A stretch of 30,661 nucleotides of DNA from a candidate division WOR-3 bacterium (GCA_015486655.1 WFRF01000194.1:1-30661), one strand, 5' to 3'. Positions 18,855 through 28,293 are shown, counted from the first letter of the stretch. Program-made: numbers and translations. The notes: generated from the letters alone by a model not told the origin.

Positions 18855-18940
18855 AATATTTATAGTAATACTTATAACTTAAAACTCCGTTTAAATCAAT
18901 ATGATAATAATGGAAGGGGATATTTTTGAACATTTTACTA

Positions 18941-19264
18941 TTAAGCCTCCTCTTTTTTAAGAGCGGCATAAATTCCGACGATTAGTATTATAATACCTGA
19001 GATGAGATCATTCCATAAATTGCCGCTTTTACTTCCGACTATGCCGGGTATAAAGGCGGCTATAACTAGCCAGATGCCCATGATTGCGTTAATCCAGCAG
19101 ATTGCCTTTTTAGCACCGACTGCCATGAAAGCGAAAATAGCGACCAGAATTCCTACGATGAGGTCATTCCACAAACTCCCGGACTTACTAGCAATGATTC
19201 CGGGAATAAAAGCAGCGATTACAAGCCAAATTCCTAATGCGAAGTTAACCCAATTTTCCCACAT
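18941..19264 (-). CDS. SPW-repeat membrane protein (two internal repeats)
   Basis: WxNxxLGIWLVIAAFIPG...LWNDLIxGI occurs twice; SD GGAGG. Confidence 0.8.
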   Translation of the reverse strand: MWENWVNFALGIWLVIAAFIPGIIASKSGSLWNDLIVGILVAIFAFMAVGAKKAICWINAIMGIWLVIAAFIPGIVGSKSGNLWNDLISGIIILIVGIYAALKKEEA

Positions 19265-19331
19265 TATGTGCCTCCTTTTAGTTTATCGTTCCCCCTTCCA
19301 TTATCATTCATTATAACATTCATACAATTAT

Positions 19332-19359
19332 ATTATAATGAAAATATGAAAAAATGCAA
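19332..19359 (-). promoter_or_regulatory. Candidate promoter for the SPW gene
   Basis: Minus strand TTGCAT (19359-19354), 16 nt, TATAAT (19337-19332). An 8-bp inverted repeat CATTATAA (19309-19316)/TTATAATG (19333-19340) overlaps the -10. Confidence 0.45.
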
Positions 19360-19403
19360 GTGTTTTTTTTAAAAAAATTAAATAATTGAGATAGGAGGAA
19401 TTT

Positions 19404-19463
19404 TTGGAATATAAGCCCTTATTGGTTATAGGTATGGGCATATTTACCACTTTTATACATTGA
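19404..19463 (+). CDS. Candidate 19-aa hydrophobic small protein (MEYKPLLVIGMGIFTTFIH)
   Basis: SD AGGAGG 19393-19398, 5 nt, TTG start, TGA at 19461-19463. No homology evidence. Confidence 0.25.
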   Translation: MEYKPLLVIGMGIFTTFIH

Positions 19464-19529
19464 AATTGATAGAGATATATCATGCAGAGTTTCCATAATT
19501 GAAAACTATAAGCGGGATTATTTGTAATC

Positions 19530-19828
19530 TGTCATTCTGAACTTGTTTCAGAATCTCATTAATGCCTTGAATTTTATTCAAGGTTACATTACTAAATTCC
19601 CCTCGGAAAGAGGGGGGCTGACGGATGTCAGGACGGGGTGTTCTAAAATAAGTGAGAAGTGGGAACTAAGAAGTTAAGTCGGAAGTTATTATCCTATTTC
19701 TTTATTTCTTAATTCTAACTTCTTATTTGATAACTTGCGACGAAGTCGTCCTACTTGAGACGAAATCCCGTTAATTGCAGCGTAGTCGTTTAGGCCGTCA
19801 GGTGGTAAGTATGTCCGTACCTATCTAC
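19530..19828. repeat. Composite intergenic repeat element, copy 2
   Basis: GTCA hairpin 19530-19558; double-hairpin module 19586-19653; forward heptamers 19653-19673; reverse heptamers about 19695-19730; CTTGCGACGAAGTCG 19734-19748; CCTATCTAC 19820-19828. Confidence 0.85.
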
Positions 19829-19848
19829 TACATAAAAGGATTGCTTCA

Positions 19849-19876
19849 TTGACATAATTAAAAATCGGATTATAAT
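19849..19876 (+). promoter_or_regulatory. Consensus sigma70 promoter, leaderless configuration for the DUF89 gene
   Basis: TTGACA (19849-19854), 16 nt, TATAAT (19871-19876), 6 nt, ATG 19883; no SD. Confidence 0.75.
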
Positions 19877-19882
19877 ATACCT

Positions 19883-20704
19883 ATGAAATTATTTCCCGAA
19901 TGTGTTCCCTGTGTTTTGAATCAGGGGATAAGGACTATAAAGAAAGTTACAAACAGCCCGGATGAGCAATGGCGGTTATTGAGAACCGTCTATGATAAAA
20001 TGGGTGAAAAGTGGCATCAGGGTATGTCCCCTATCGAGTTATCATTAATTGTAAATGATATAATTGTAAAAAATTCCAATAAAAGTGATCCTTATTTAAA
20101 AGATAAAGATTTGCAAAACGAACATGCCCTTGAATATTATGAGCAGATTAAATCCAATGTCATGAATGCCGCAAATCCGATTAAAGAGGGGGTAAGGTAT
20201 GCAATATGCGGGAACAAGATCGATCTCGGTATTTTTGCGGACATTGATGTGAAAGAAACAGTGGATTTATGCAGCAACATAAATATCTCGGATGACGATG
20301 TTAATAATTTTACAAAAGCAATCGAGGGGAAGGATAAAATTCTCTATTTAACGGATAATGCAGGTGAAATTGTTTTTGATAAGATATTGATAGATTTGAT
20401 GATAGATGCCGGCAAGGATTTGTATGTCGGAGTGAGAGAGTCCCCTATTATAAATGATGTTACCGAAAGAGAAGTGGAAAAACTCGGTTTTGATATGAAG
20501 AGGATTTTACCTGTAAGAATCGGAGATTTTCAAACCCTGCAGGATTTTCCGCTTGTTATCTCAAAAGGGCAAGCGAATTTTGAAATGTATCACGGTATGA
20601 AAAATACATATTTTTTATTTATGGTTAAATGTCAAATTTTGGCAAAGGCACTAAAAATGCCTGTTTATTCGATATTTTTTGGAAAATACGGAGATGAAAT
20701 ATGA
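19883..20704 (+). CDS. DUF89/ARMT1-like damage-control metal-dependent phosphatase
   Basis: ECVPC, GNKIDLG, DNAGEIVFD, IINDVT, ISKGQANFE, MVKC. Confidence 0.88.
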   Translation: MKLFPECVPCVLNQGIRTIKKVTNSPDEQWRLLRTVYDKMGEKWHQGMSPIELSLIVNDIIVKNSNKSDPYLKDKDLQNEHALEYYEQIKSNVMNAANPIKEGVRYAICGNKIDLGIFADIDVKETVDLCSNINISDDDVNNFTKAIEGKDKILYLTDNAGEIVFDKILIDLMIDAGKDLYVGVRESPIINDVTEREVEKLGFDMKRILPVRIGDFQTLQDFPLVISKGQANFEMYHGMKNTYFLFMVKCQILAKALKMPVYSIFFGKYGDEI

Positions 20705-21879
20705 AAAAAAGAGCGTTTATTCTCGTATATGACGGCGCAGGAATAGGTGAGCAGGAAGATAGTTATAAATTTGGTGACGAGGGTAGCAATACTTTGAAAC
20801 ATACAATTGAGTATAAAAAAGGGCTTAAAATTCCCAATCTTGAAAAAATGGGGCTCGGCAAAATAATTCCCATCAAAGGAGTAAAAGGGAATATCAAAGC
20901 AGTAGGCGGTTACGGGAAGATGAGAGAAAAATCCAACGGGAAGGACAGTGTTACGGGACATTGGGAAATAGCCGGACTTATTCTTGAAAAAGGGTTCAGA
21001 ACTTATCCCAACGGTTTTCCAAAAGAGTTAATTGACAGATTTAAAAAGGAAACCGGTGTAAAGGGGGTTTTAGGGAATAAAGTAGCTTCGGGAACAGTTA
21101 TAATTGAAGAACTGGGGTTGAAACACCTAAAAACCGGATTTCCCATTGTATATACATCTGATGATTCAGTATTTCAGATTGCATGTCATAAGAGCATTAC
21201 TCCGGTTGAGAAGCTTTACGAATATTGCGAAACAGCGAGAAAAATATTGGACGACGGATACGATGTTGCCAGGGTGATTGCAAGACCTTTTGAGGGAACA
21301 TTGGGACATTTTGTAAGGACATATGAGAGGAGGGACTTTGCAGTGCCACCTGTAGGGGAAACAATTCTCGATAAACTTAAAAAGGATGGAAAGGATGTTA
21401 TTGGTGTCGGGAAAATAGGAAACCTGTTTTCGGGCAGGGGGCTTACAGAAGACCATCACACACACGGAGATGAGGAGGGGCTAAAACTGACGCTTGATTT
21501 GATAGCCAGAAAAGATTGGGAAGGATTGGCGTTTATTAACTTAGTTGATTTCGACACGAAATACGGACACAGAAACAATGTGGAAGGGTATAGAAAAAAC
21601 CTGGAGTTCGCAGATACGTATCTCGGAAAAATTTTGGCAAAACTACATAAAAATGATCTGTTTTGCCTTACAGCAGATCATGGCAATGACCCTACCACGC
21701 CGAGCACCGATCATTCCAGAGAATTTGTTCCTTTGCTCTGTTATTCACCTATGGGGCAGAGCGATGTTTCTCTGGGTATTAGAGATACTTTTGCCGATTT
21801 GGGAGCGACAATAACCGATTATTTCGGCATAAAATCAGATAACGGCAGGTCATTTTTGAATCTGTTGGTAGGAGAATGA
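20701..21879 (+). CDS. deoB: Phosphopentomutase
   Basis: ILVYDGAGIG, GDEGSNT, GKDSVTGHWE, YTSDDSVFQIA, RVIARPF, NLVDFDTKYGHR, TADHGNDP, DHSRE. Confidence 0.96.
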   Translation: MKKRAFILVYDGAGIGEQEDSYKFGDEGSNTLKHTIEYKKGLKIPNLEKMGLGKIIPIKGVKGNIKAVGGYGKMREKSNGKDSVTGHWEIAGLILEKGFRTYPNGFPKELIDRFKKETGVKGVLGNKVASGTVIIEELGLKHLKTGFPIVYTSDDSVFQIACHKSITPVEKLYEYCETARKILDDGYDVARVIARPFEGTLGHFVRTYERRDFAVPPVGETILDKLKKDGKDVIGVGKIGNLFSGRGLTEDHHTHGDEEGLKLTLDLIARKDWEGLAFINLVDFDTKYGHRNNVEGYRKNLEFADTYLGKILAKLHKNDLFCLTADHGNDPTTPSTDHSREFVPLLCYSPMGQSDVSLGIRDTFADLGATITDYFGIKSDNGRSFLNLLVGE

Positions 21880-22334
21880 AATTACTTTTCACTCCTGGAG
21901 AATATAAGAAATATTTTAAAAAAACACTTAAAAAGCTGTTTGAGGAGAATAAAGATCCGCAAAGCATAGCCATAGGTGTTGCCATAGGAGTTGCAATTGC
22001 CATAATACCGGTTTACGGCTTTCAAACGGTTTTAGCTGTAGCTGTAGCAACTCTCTTTCGCCGCTTTAAAATAAATAAAATAGCGGTAATTCTCGGTTCC
22101 CAATTGTCAATCCCGCCCATTGCCCCCTTTATATTTGCCGTTGATTACGGAGTGGGAAATGTCATTACGGGGAAAAATTGGGTTTGGATAAAGTTGGGGA
22201 ATGATATTTTCTCGCAAATAGGGAGGATTTATATTTTAATTCTGCTGGGTAGCTTTATTGTTGCGCCGGTAGCATTTTTTATATCCTATAAAATTACAAA
22301 AAAGTTAATTTACTCCTTGAAAAAGACTCAATAA
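21876..22334 (+). CDS. DUF2062 family membrane protein
   Basis: PQSIAIGVAIGVAIAIIPVYGFQT...LSIPPIAPFIF pattern. Confidence 0.8.
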   Translation: MKLLFTPGEYKKYFKKTLKKLFEENKDPQSIAIGVAIGVAIAIIPVYGFQTVLAVAVATLFRRFKINKIAVILGSQLSIPPIAPFIFAVDYGVGNVITGKNWVWIKLGNDIFSQIGRIYILILLGSFIVAPVAFFISYKITKKLIYSLKKTQ

Positions 22335-22346
22335 ATTGTGTAAAAT
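22317..22346 (+). promoter_or_regulatory. Candidate promoter, leaderless configuration for the histidine kinase
   Basis: TTGAAA (22317-22322), 18 nt, TAAAAT (22341-22346), 6 nt, ATG 22353; no SD. Confidence 0.5.
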
Positions 22347-22352
22347 AAATAT

Positions 22353-24095
22353 ATGAGCAATGAAATTCATTTTGCAATTCTGATTTTGTCAGGTTTGCTG
22401 AGTTTGGTTTTATTTTTATATTCTCTTATGCGTGTCAGATTAAAAACAATATATATACCTTTGGCTTTTTTTGCTCTAGGTATCACTTTTATGTCTTTTT
22501 CGGATGCTGTATATTATAATTATTCTTCTATTTATCATTACAAGATTGCAATATTTGAGTATATTTTTATAAATATGATATCAATTTCATGGTTTAGTTT
22601 GATGATTGAATTTACCGGATATTTAAAAAAGTGGTTTAAACAACTTGTTATTGTTGCCGTTATATTTTCCTTTAGCGGTTATTTAGGGGTTATTACAAAT
22701 CCGTTTCACCATCTTTTTTATAGATATTCTACAATATTCTTTAGTTCGAATGAAGTTTACGGACCTTGGTTTTGGTATAATTCCGTAATTAATTATATAT
22801 TAATTATTACCGGTATCGGACTGGTTGTATATAAGGATATGAGAGAAGTGAGTAAGAGAAACATATTGCTTGTGATAGGAGTAGTTATTCCGATTATAGC
22901 AAATATTATATATATATTTGATTTGGCTAATCTGCATTACGATATTACTGCCGCTGCTCTTTCGATTTCGGCAGTTGTATTTCTATATGTGACGATACTT
23001 GAACATGAAATGGAAAAAGATCTGATAGAGCCCGCATATCTAATGAATAATATAGATATAGGTGTTTTTTCAATATCAGGTAGCAAAGTAGTGGCACAAA
23101 ATTCCGCATTCAATGAGATTTTATCCCATAAAGGGAAATTTTATAAAGTTACGGACATCATACAATACCTTAATGAGTATACAGTTGCTTCAAATGAAAT
23201 AATTGAAAATGCTCTCCTTTCACATGGGAAAAATGTATCTAAGGAAATAAAATTAAAGGGAAGCGGAAAAATAATAAGGGTTGATGTTAAGTCTGTTTAC
23301 AAAGAAAGCAGAGAAATTGGAAAGATAGTAACATTAATGGATCTAAGCGATTTGGAGAATGTAGAAAAATTAAATAAAGCTCTTCAGGAAATGAATGCTC
23401 AGTTAGAGGAACAAAAGGAAAAACAAATCAGAATATTGGGGCATCTGTCACACGATTTAATGACCCCCGTTACGTCTATAGAAGGATATATCAAATATAT
23501 ACTGGAGGGGAAACTCGGAGAGATATCGGAAAAACAGAGAAAATCTCTTTTAATTGTCGATAAGAATATGATTAGACTGCAAAAAATGTTGGAAAATGTT
23601 CTTTTAATTACTAAGTTGGAAACCGCTAAGGATATCTATAATAAGAAATTGTTTGATATTAAAGTACTCATAATTGAGATTTATGAGGAGAGAAATATGC
23701 TGGCGGTAGAAAAGGGGTTTGACTTTAAATTAAATATTGAATTAAAAGACACTATGATTTTGGGCGACAGAGAAAAAATTCATACCGTTATCGATAATTT
23801 ATTGGACAATGCATTTAAATATACGGAGCCGTTTGGTCAAATTATTTTATTTGCGAGAAACGAAGCCGAAAACATCATTTTCGGAGTAAAGAACAAAGGA
23901 AAATATATCGATAAGGAGTATATAGAGAGGATAACGGAACCATTTGTGCGTTTAAAGTCCGTCACCGATAAAAAGGGAGTAGGATTAGGGCTTGCCATAG
24001 TTAAATCAATTGTGAATGCCCATAACGGAACATTCAAAGTAGAAAGCTCTAAAAGCGGTTTTAATACTTTCTCCGTTACAATACCTCAGTACTAA
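22353..24095 (+). CDS. Sensor histidine kinase with N-terminal 7TM (HisKA_7TM-like) region, PAS-like linker, HisKA and HATPase
   Basis: About 7 hydrophobic helices; H-box LSHDLMTPVTSIEGY; N-box NLLDNAFKYT; G-box GVGLGLAIVKSIVNAHNG. Confidence 0.9.
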   Translation: MSNEIHFAILILSGLLSLVLFLYSLMRVRLKTIYIPLAFFALGITFMSFSDAVYYNYSSIYHYKIAIFEYIFINMISISWFSLMIEFTGYLKKWFKQLVIVAVIFSFSGYLGVITNPFHHLFYRYSTIFFSSNEVYGPWFWYNSVINYILIITGIGLVVYKDMREVSKRNILLVIGVVIPIIANIIYIFDLANLHYDITAAALSISAVVFLYVTILEHEMEKDLIEPAYLMNNIDIGVFSISGSKVVAQNSAFNEILSHKGKFYKVTDIIQYLNEYTVASNEIIENALLSHGKNVSKEIKLKGSGKIIRVDVKSVYKESREIGKIVTLMDLSDLENVEKLNKALQEMNAQLEEQKEKQIRILGHLSHDLMTPVTSIEGYIKYILEGKLGEISEKQRKSLLIVDKNMIRLQKMLENVLLITKLETAKDIYNKKLFDIKVLIIEIYEERNMLAVEKGFDFKLNIELKDTMILGDREKIHTVIDNLLDNAFKYTEPFGQIILFARNEAENIIFGVKNKGKYIDKEYIERITEPFVRLKSVTDKKGVGLGLAIVKSIVNAHNGTFKVESSKSGFNTFSVTIPQY

Positions 24096-26539
24096 ACAAC
24101 AACTATATTGGCTATTTTGCCCTTTATGTAGATAAATTTCTTTATTGTTTTTCCGGTTGTGTAGTGAAGTACCCTTTCGTTTTTGAGTATTAATTCCTTC
24201 ACATCGGATTCATTACTGTTAATGTCAATTTCAACGGTAGTCCTTAATTTACCGTTTATTTGAACTGCAAGTGAAATCTTTTCCTCTTTCAGTATATCCT
24301 CATCATACTTGGGCCATTCTTCATCAAATATGGAAGATTCTTTTCCCGTGAAGTGCCATAATTCCTCGGCAAGATGCGGAGCGTAAGGAGAAAGAACAAT
24401 TAGGAATTTATCAAGGGTATTTTGTAAAAATTCAGTATTAATCTCCTTTTTAACATAATCATATGCATCATTTACAAATTCCATCATTCTGGCAATTGAT
24501 GTATTAAAACTGAAACGTTCCGTATCCGTTTCAACACTTTTAATGGTGTAATGTAATCTTTTCTTAAGAGATTTACTTTCCTCTTTCGTTTTCCCTTCTG
24601 TAAAGTAATATGTTTTGTACAATCTGTATATCCTCGATAGAAATCTGTGTATACCGTTTATTCCCTTATCATCCCAGTCGCCCCCTTCTTCATAGCTTCC
24701 CATGAACATCATATACATACGGAAAGTGTCGGAACCGTATTTTTCGACAAATTCATCCGGATTGACAACATTTCCTCTGGATTTGGACATTTTAGCGCCG
24801 TTTCTCGTTATGGTGCCCTGATGAAAGAGGTTTGTGAAGGGTTCATCAAATTGTATTTCTCCCGCATCGTATAACATTTTTGTTACGAATCTGGCATAAA
24901 GTAAATGCATTGTAGCATGTTCGGCACCGCCGATATATTGATCCACGGGCAGAAGCTTATCCACCATCTCTTTATTGAAGGGGTAGTCGTCAATGTGAGG
25001 ATCGGGATATCTGAGATAGTACCATGATGAGCAGACAAAAGTGTCCATTGTATCGGGATCTCTTTCGGCATCTCCTCCGCATTTGGGACATTTAACGTTC
25101 ATGAATTCCGGAACAGAGGCAAGGGGCGATTTCCCTTTGGGATTAAAATCAACATTTTCGGGAAGTTTTACCGGGAGATCATCAACAGGGACGGGAACCG
25201 TACCACATTTGGGGCAGTGTACAATGGGAATCGGCGCTCCCCAATAACGCTGGCGTGATATTAACCAATCTCTCAATCTGTAATTTATGTGCCGTTTTCC
25301 TATACCTTTTTCTTCAAAGTAATCTACAATTCTCTTTTTAAAATCTATAGAAGATATACCGTTAAAATCACCTGAATTGATCATAATACCGGGTTCCGTA
25401 TAAGCATCACTCATACTTTTTGAATCGATTGTCACATTTTCCGGTTGTATAACTATTTTTATAGGAAGATTAAACTTTTTTGCGAATGCAAAATCTCTTG
25501 TATCATGTGCGGGAACAGCCATCACCATTCCTGTTCCGTAGCTTGCAATAACATAATCGGATATCCAAATGGGAATCTCTTCTCCGTTGACTGGGTTAAT
25601 TGCATAGCTGCCCGTAAAAACCCCGGTTTTTTCATGTTCGGTGGATTGCCTTTCAATTTCGTTTTCCGTAAGTGTTTTGTTAATGTACTTTTCAACTTCA
25701 TTTCTCTGGGCATCTGTGGTCAATTTGCTTACAATGGAGTGTTCGGGAGCAACAACACAATAAGTGACGCCGAAAATTGTATCCGGCCTTGTTGTGAAAA
25801 CCGTTAGTTTCAGGTCTTTATCTTTCACGGGGAATTCTATCATAGCCCCTTCACTTCTGCCTATCCAATTTCTTTGCATTATCTTTGTCTTTTCCGGCCA
25901 GTTGATCCTTTCCAACCCTTCCAGTAATCGGTCTGCATAATCGGTAATTTTGAAAAACCACTGTTTCAGGTTGCGTTTTATCACTTTTGTTCCGCATCGT
26001 TCACACTCTCCGTCTGCTGTTACCTGCTCATTTGCAAGAACCGTTTGGCAGTGGGGACACCAATTAACGGGAGCTTCCTTCTGATAAGCCAGTCCCATTT
26101 CGTACATTTTGAGAAAAACCCATTGTGTCCATTTATAGTATTTCGGATCACTTGTGTCTATCTCATAATCCCAATCGTACATCGCACCTATTGCTTTCAA
26201 CTGTTTTTCCATATATTCAATATTGTTACGGGTGCTGATAGCTGGGTGTATCCCGTGTTTTATAGCATAATTTTCCGCGGGAAGTCCGAATGCATCAAAT
26301 CCCATGGGCTCGAAAACGTTAAAACCTTTTAATCTCTTATAACGGGCAAACGTATCGGCCGGTCCGTAGTTGTACCAATGTCCTATGTGCAGTTTATTCC
26401 CTGAAGGATAACTAAACATAACAAGGTTGTAGAATTTGGGTTTGTTGCTGTTTTTATTAAATTTATATGTTCCCTTTTCTTCCCACCATTTTCTCCATTT
26501 AGTCTCTATTTCCGAAGGATTGTATATCATATTATTCAT
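24092..26539 (-). CDS. leuS: Leucine--tRNA ligase
   Basis: MFSYPSG..LHIGH, GFDAFGLPAEN, FTTRPDT editing domain, DWLISRQRYWG, KMSKS. Confidence 0.98.
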   Translation of the reverse strand: MNNMIYNPSEIETKWRKWWEEKGTYKFNKNSNKPKFYNLVMFSYPSGNKLHIGHWYNYGPADTFARYKRLKGFNVFEPMGFDAFGLPAENYAIKHGIHPAISTRNNIEYMEKQLKAIGAMYDWDYEIDTSDPKYYKWTQWVFLKMYEMGLAYQKEAPVNWCPHCQTVLANEQVTADGECERCGTKVIKRNLKQWFFKITDYADRLLEGLERINWPEKTKIMQRNWIGRSEGAMIEFPVKDKDLKLTVFTTRPDTIFGVTYCVVAPEHSIVSKLTTDAQRNEVEKYINKTLTENEIERQSTEHEKTGVFTGSYAINPVNGEEIPIWISDYVIASYGTGMVMAVPAHDTRDFAFAKKFNLPIKIVIQPENVTIDSKSMSDAYTEPGIMINSGDFNGISSIDFKKRIVDYFEEKGIGKRHINYRLRDWLISRQRYWGAPIPIVHCPKCGTVPVPVDDLPVKLPENVDFNPKGKSPLASVPEFMNVKCPKCGGDAERDPDTMDTFVCSSWYYLRYPDPHIDDYPFNKEMVDKLLPVDQYIGGAEHATMHLLYARFVTKMLYDAGEIQFDEPFTNLFHQGTITRNGAKMSKSRGNVVNPDEFVEKYGSDTFRMYMMFMGSYEEGGDWDDKGINGIHRFLSRIYRLYKTYYFTEGKTKEESKSLKKRLHYTIKSVETDTERFSFNTSIARMMEFVNDAYDYVKKEINTEFLQNTLDKFLIVLSPYAPHLAEELWHFTGKESSIFDEEWPKYDEDILKEEKISLAVQINGKLRTTVEIDINSNESDVKELILKNERVLHYTTGKTIKKFIYIKGKIANIVVV

Positions 26540-26574
26540 AGTGCCTCCATGTCCCGTTTTGTGCTATTTTAATG

Positions 26575-28209
26575 TTAAAATCGTTTTTTGTAAAGTAGTT
26601 TATTTCCCACCTGATCTTCGCATTTAAATATAAATATCCCTTTGCTCGGGATATCTTTGTTTGATATGAATTTAAATCCCTTTTTTATAGGTATTGCCAG
26701 TAGTCTGTATCTGTTAAAGTAACCTTTTCCTGAATTAATGTTTATTCCGGAAGTGCTATCGGATGCTGCAACAAATATAGTATCCGCTACCCTGTAAACA
26801 GTGTCCGCATAAGGCGGGATTGTATCCGATTTTGTCCCTATGCTTATGTCCCGGGAAATATATACTCTTTTAGTGCCAAGGTAACCGTTGGTTTCAGTGT
26901 TATAAAATATCATTTTCTTTTTGTATCTCTTGTTTGTAACCACGATAGGTGACTCAAAGGGAGTATCAGAGAATGAAAAGTTAAGAATTCCGTTTTCATA
27001 TCTGATATGCGCTACAACGTTCTCTCTAACAGCATTTTGTTTAAGTTTGATGTTAAAATTCCCCTTATCTATGGACATACCTTTAGGAGAAAATCTGTAA
27101 AATGTGTCTGATGTGATAAAAACCGTATCCGATTTCGGTGAAAAGAAAAAATGGTACTTTCCATTAGTTTCTATCGATTTAAGCAAAAGGGTGTTCCTAA
27201 ACGGCAGCCTTTTCTCGTCCGAAATTATTTGAATAATGCCGTTGGGGAAAAGAGTGTCTGAGTTTAATGCGACAGTATCTCTTTTGCATGTTTTTTTATC
27301 TATGAAGAATGTAAAAGTATCCGCATTGCCTGAAAAATCTTGAGCCGTTATGACTATTGCGGTTTTTCGGGGGAGGGTTGGCATATCGATGTCGGGTAGT
27401 TTCGGGCTGTCGTATAATCGTATACCAGGTTCATTTTTGTCACTTATAAAATACCAGGCTGCCGAATGATTATTGTAATATGAAAAACGGTTTGCCGTAA
27501 AAAGCGCTTTTATTTTATTCCCGATTTTTGTTTTGATTAAATAGGGAATTGTCGCATATTTTTTATCATCGATGTTGTCCTTGCAGTAAACTGCAATCCC
27601 AAATTGTCCCGCTAAATTGATTGTATCGTTTTTGTGTACGACAACCGGTATAGGAAGTGACGAGGCCTGGGAGCTGTCATTCAAAGGAATGATTAATATT
27701 GAATCTATCTCCGGAGGAATCGTGTCTTCAATGTCCAAAAAAACAAGGGGGTTTATGGGATTATTCAGTGAATCACGCATCTCAAAATGAAGATGGGGGC
27801 TTCCTATACCTGTGGCTCCCGTATAAGCTATGACTTCGTTTTTTGTCACGGGAAATTTGTGGTTGAAGTAAAGGCTTTGAGTGTATTTGAATGTCCTGAA
27901 TTGCTTCTTTAATACGTATCTGTTTATATCATACCTGAATCGTGACAGATGGGCGAATACATATATTTTGCCCGATCTACCTTTCATATAGATAGCTTTC
28001 CCGTATCCGCCGTTAAATATGTGAATGTGGTAGATTTCACCGTTTTCGGGAGAAATCACGGGAAAACCGGTTTTCATATATGTACCGAAATCGATTCCCG
28101 CATGATATCTCATAGGCCTGGGTTCCATAAATCCGGAAGTCACGTATGTATTTTGAGGAAGCGGATAATAGAGGATTAGAGCCGTTAAAATCGGGTAAAG
28201 AATAATCAT
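26575..28209 (-). CDS. M23 family metallopeptidase with a long C-terminal extension
   Basis: YHAGIDF (HxxxD) and SPHLHFE (HxH) motifs near the N-terminus; N-terminal hydrophobic segment. Confidence 0.85.
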   Translation of the reverse strand: MIILYPILTALILYYPLPQNTYVTSGFMEPRPMRYHAGIDFGTYMKTGFPVISPENGEIYHIHIFNGGYGKAIYMKGRSGKIYVFAHLSRFRYDINRYVLKKQFRTFKYTQSLYFNHKFPVTKNEVIAYTGATGIGSPHLHFEMRDSLNNPINPLVFLDIEDTIPPEIDSILIIPLNDSSQASSLPIPVVVHKNDTINLAGQFGIAVYCKDNIDDKKYATIPYLIKTKIGNKIKALFTANRFSYYNNHSAAWYFISDKNEPGIRLYDSPKLPDIDMPTLPRKTAIVITAQDFSGNADTFTFFIDKKTCKRDTVALNSDTLFPNGIIQIISDEKRLPFRNTLLLKSIETNGKYHFFFSPKSDTVFITSDTFYRFSPKGMSIDKGNFNIKLKQNAVRENVVAHIRYENGILNFSFSDTPFESPIVVTNKRYKKKMIFYNTETNGYLGTKRVYISRDISIGTKSDTIPPYADTVYRVADTIFVAASDSTSGININSGKGYFNRYRLLAIPIKKGFKFISNKDIPSKGIFIFKCEDQVGNKLLYKKRF

Positions 28210-28264
28210 GATTATAAATAACAGATTTTTATATGGGCGTCAAATCGGAAATATAAATTTAATC

Positions 28265-28293
28265 TTGATAAAATATAATAATTATAATACAAT
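28265..28293 (+). promoter_or_regulatory. Promoter in leaderless configuration for the REC protein
   Basis: TTGATA (28265-28270), 17 nt, TACAAT (28288-28293), 7 nt, ATG 28301; no SD. Confidence 0.6.

Noticed and set aside
19000-19240. Direct DNA repeat inside the SPW gene
   Set aside because: It is explained by the protein's internal duplication, and many codon third positions differ.
19461-19527. TGA readthrough or selenocysteine extension of the small ORF
   Set aside because: In-frame TGA and TAG follow immediately, and no SECIS-like hairpin is present.
682-28179. Many 60-134 aa ORFs in the track that overlap longer genes (e.g. 682-1086, 2365-2604, 4712-5086, 7502-7906, 19002-19316, 25445-25807)
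   Set aside because: They are antisense or alternate-frame shadows of well-supported genes, with no recognisable motifs or start signals.
28202-28215. Perfect 14-bp palindrome ATAATCATGATTAT, loosely Fur-box-like
   Set aside because: It is all but two bases A/T in a very AT-rich region, spans the M23 start codon, lacks the 7-1-7 geometry, and has no second copy or iron-related gene nearby.
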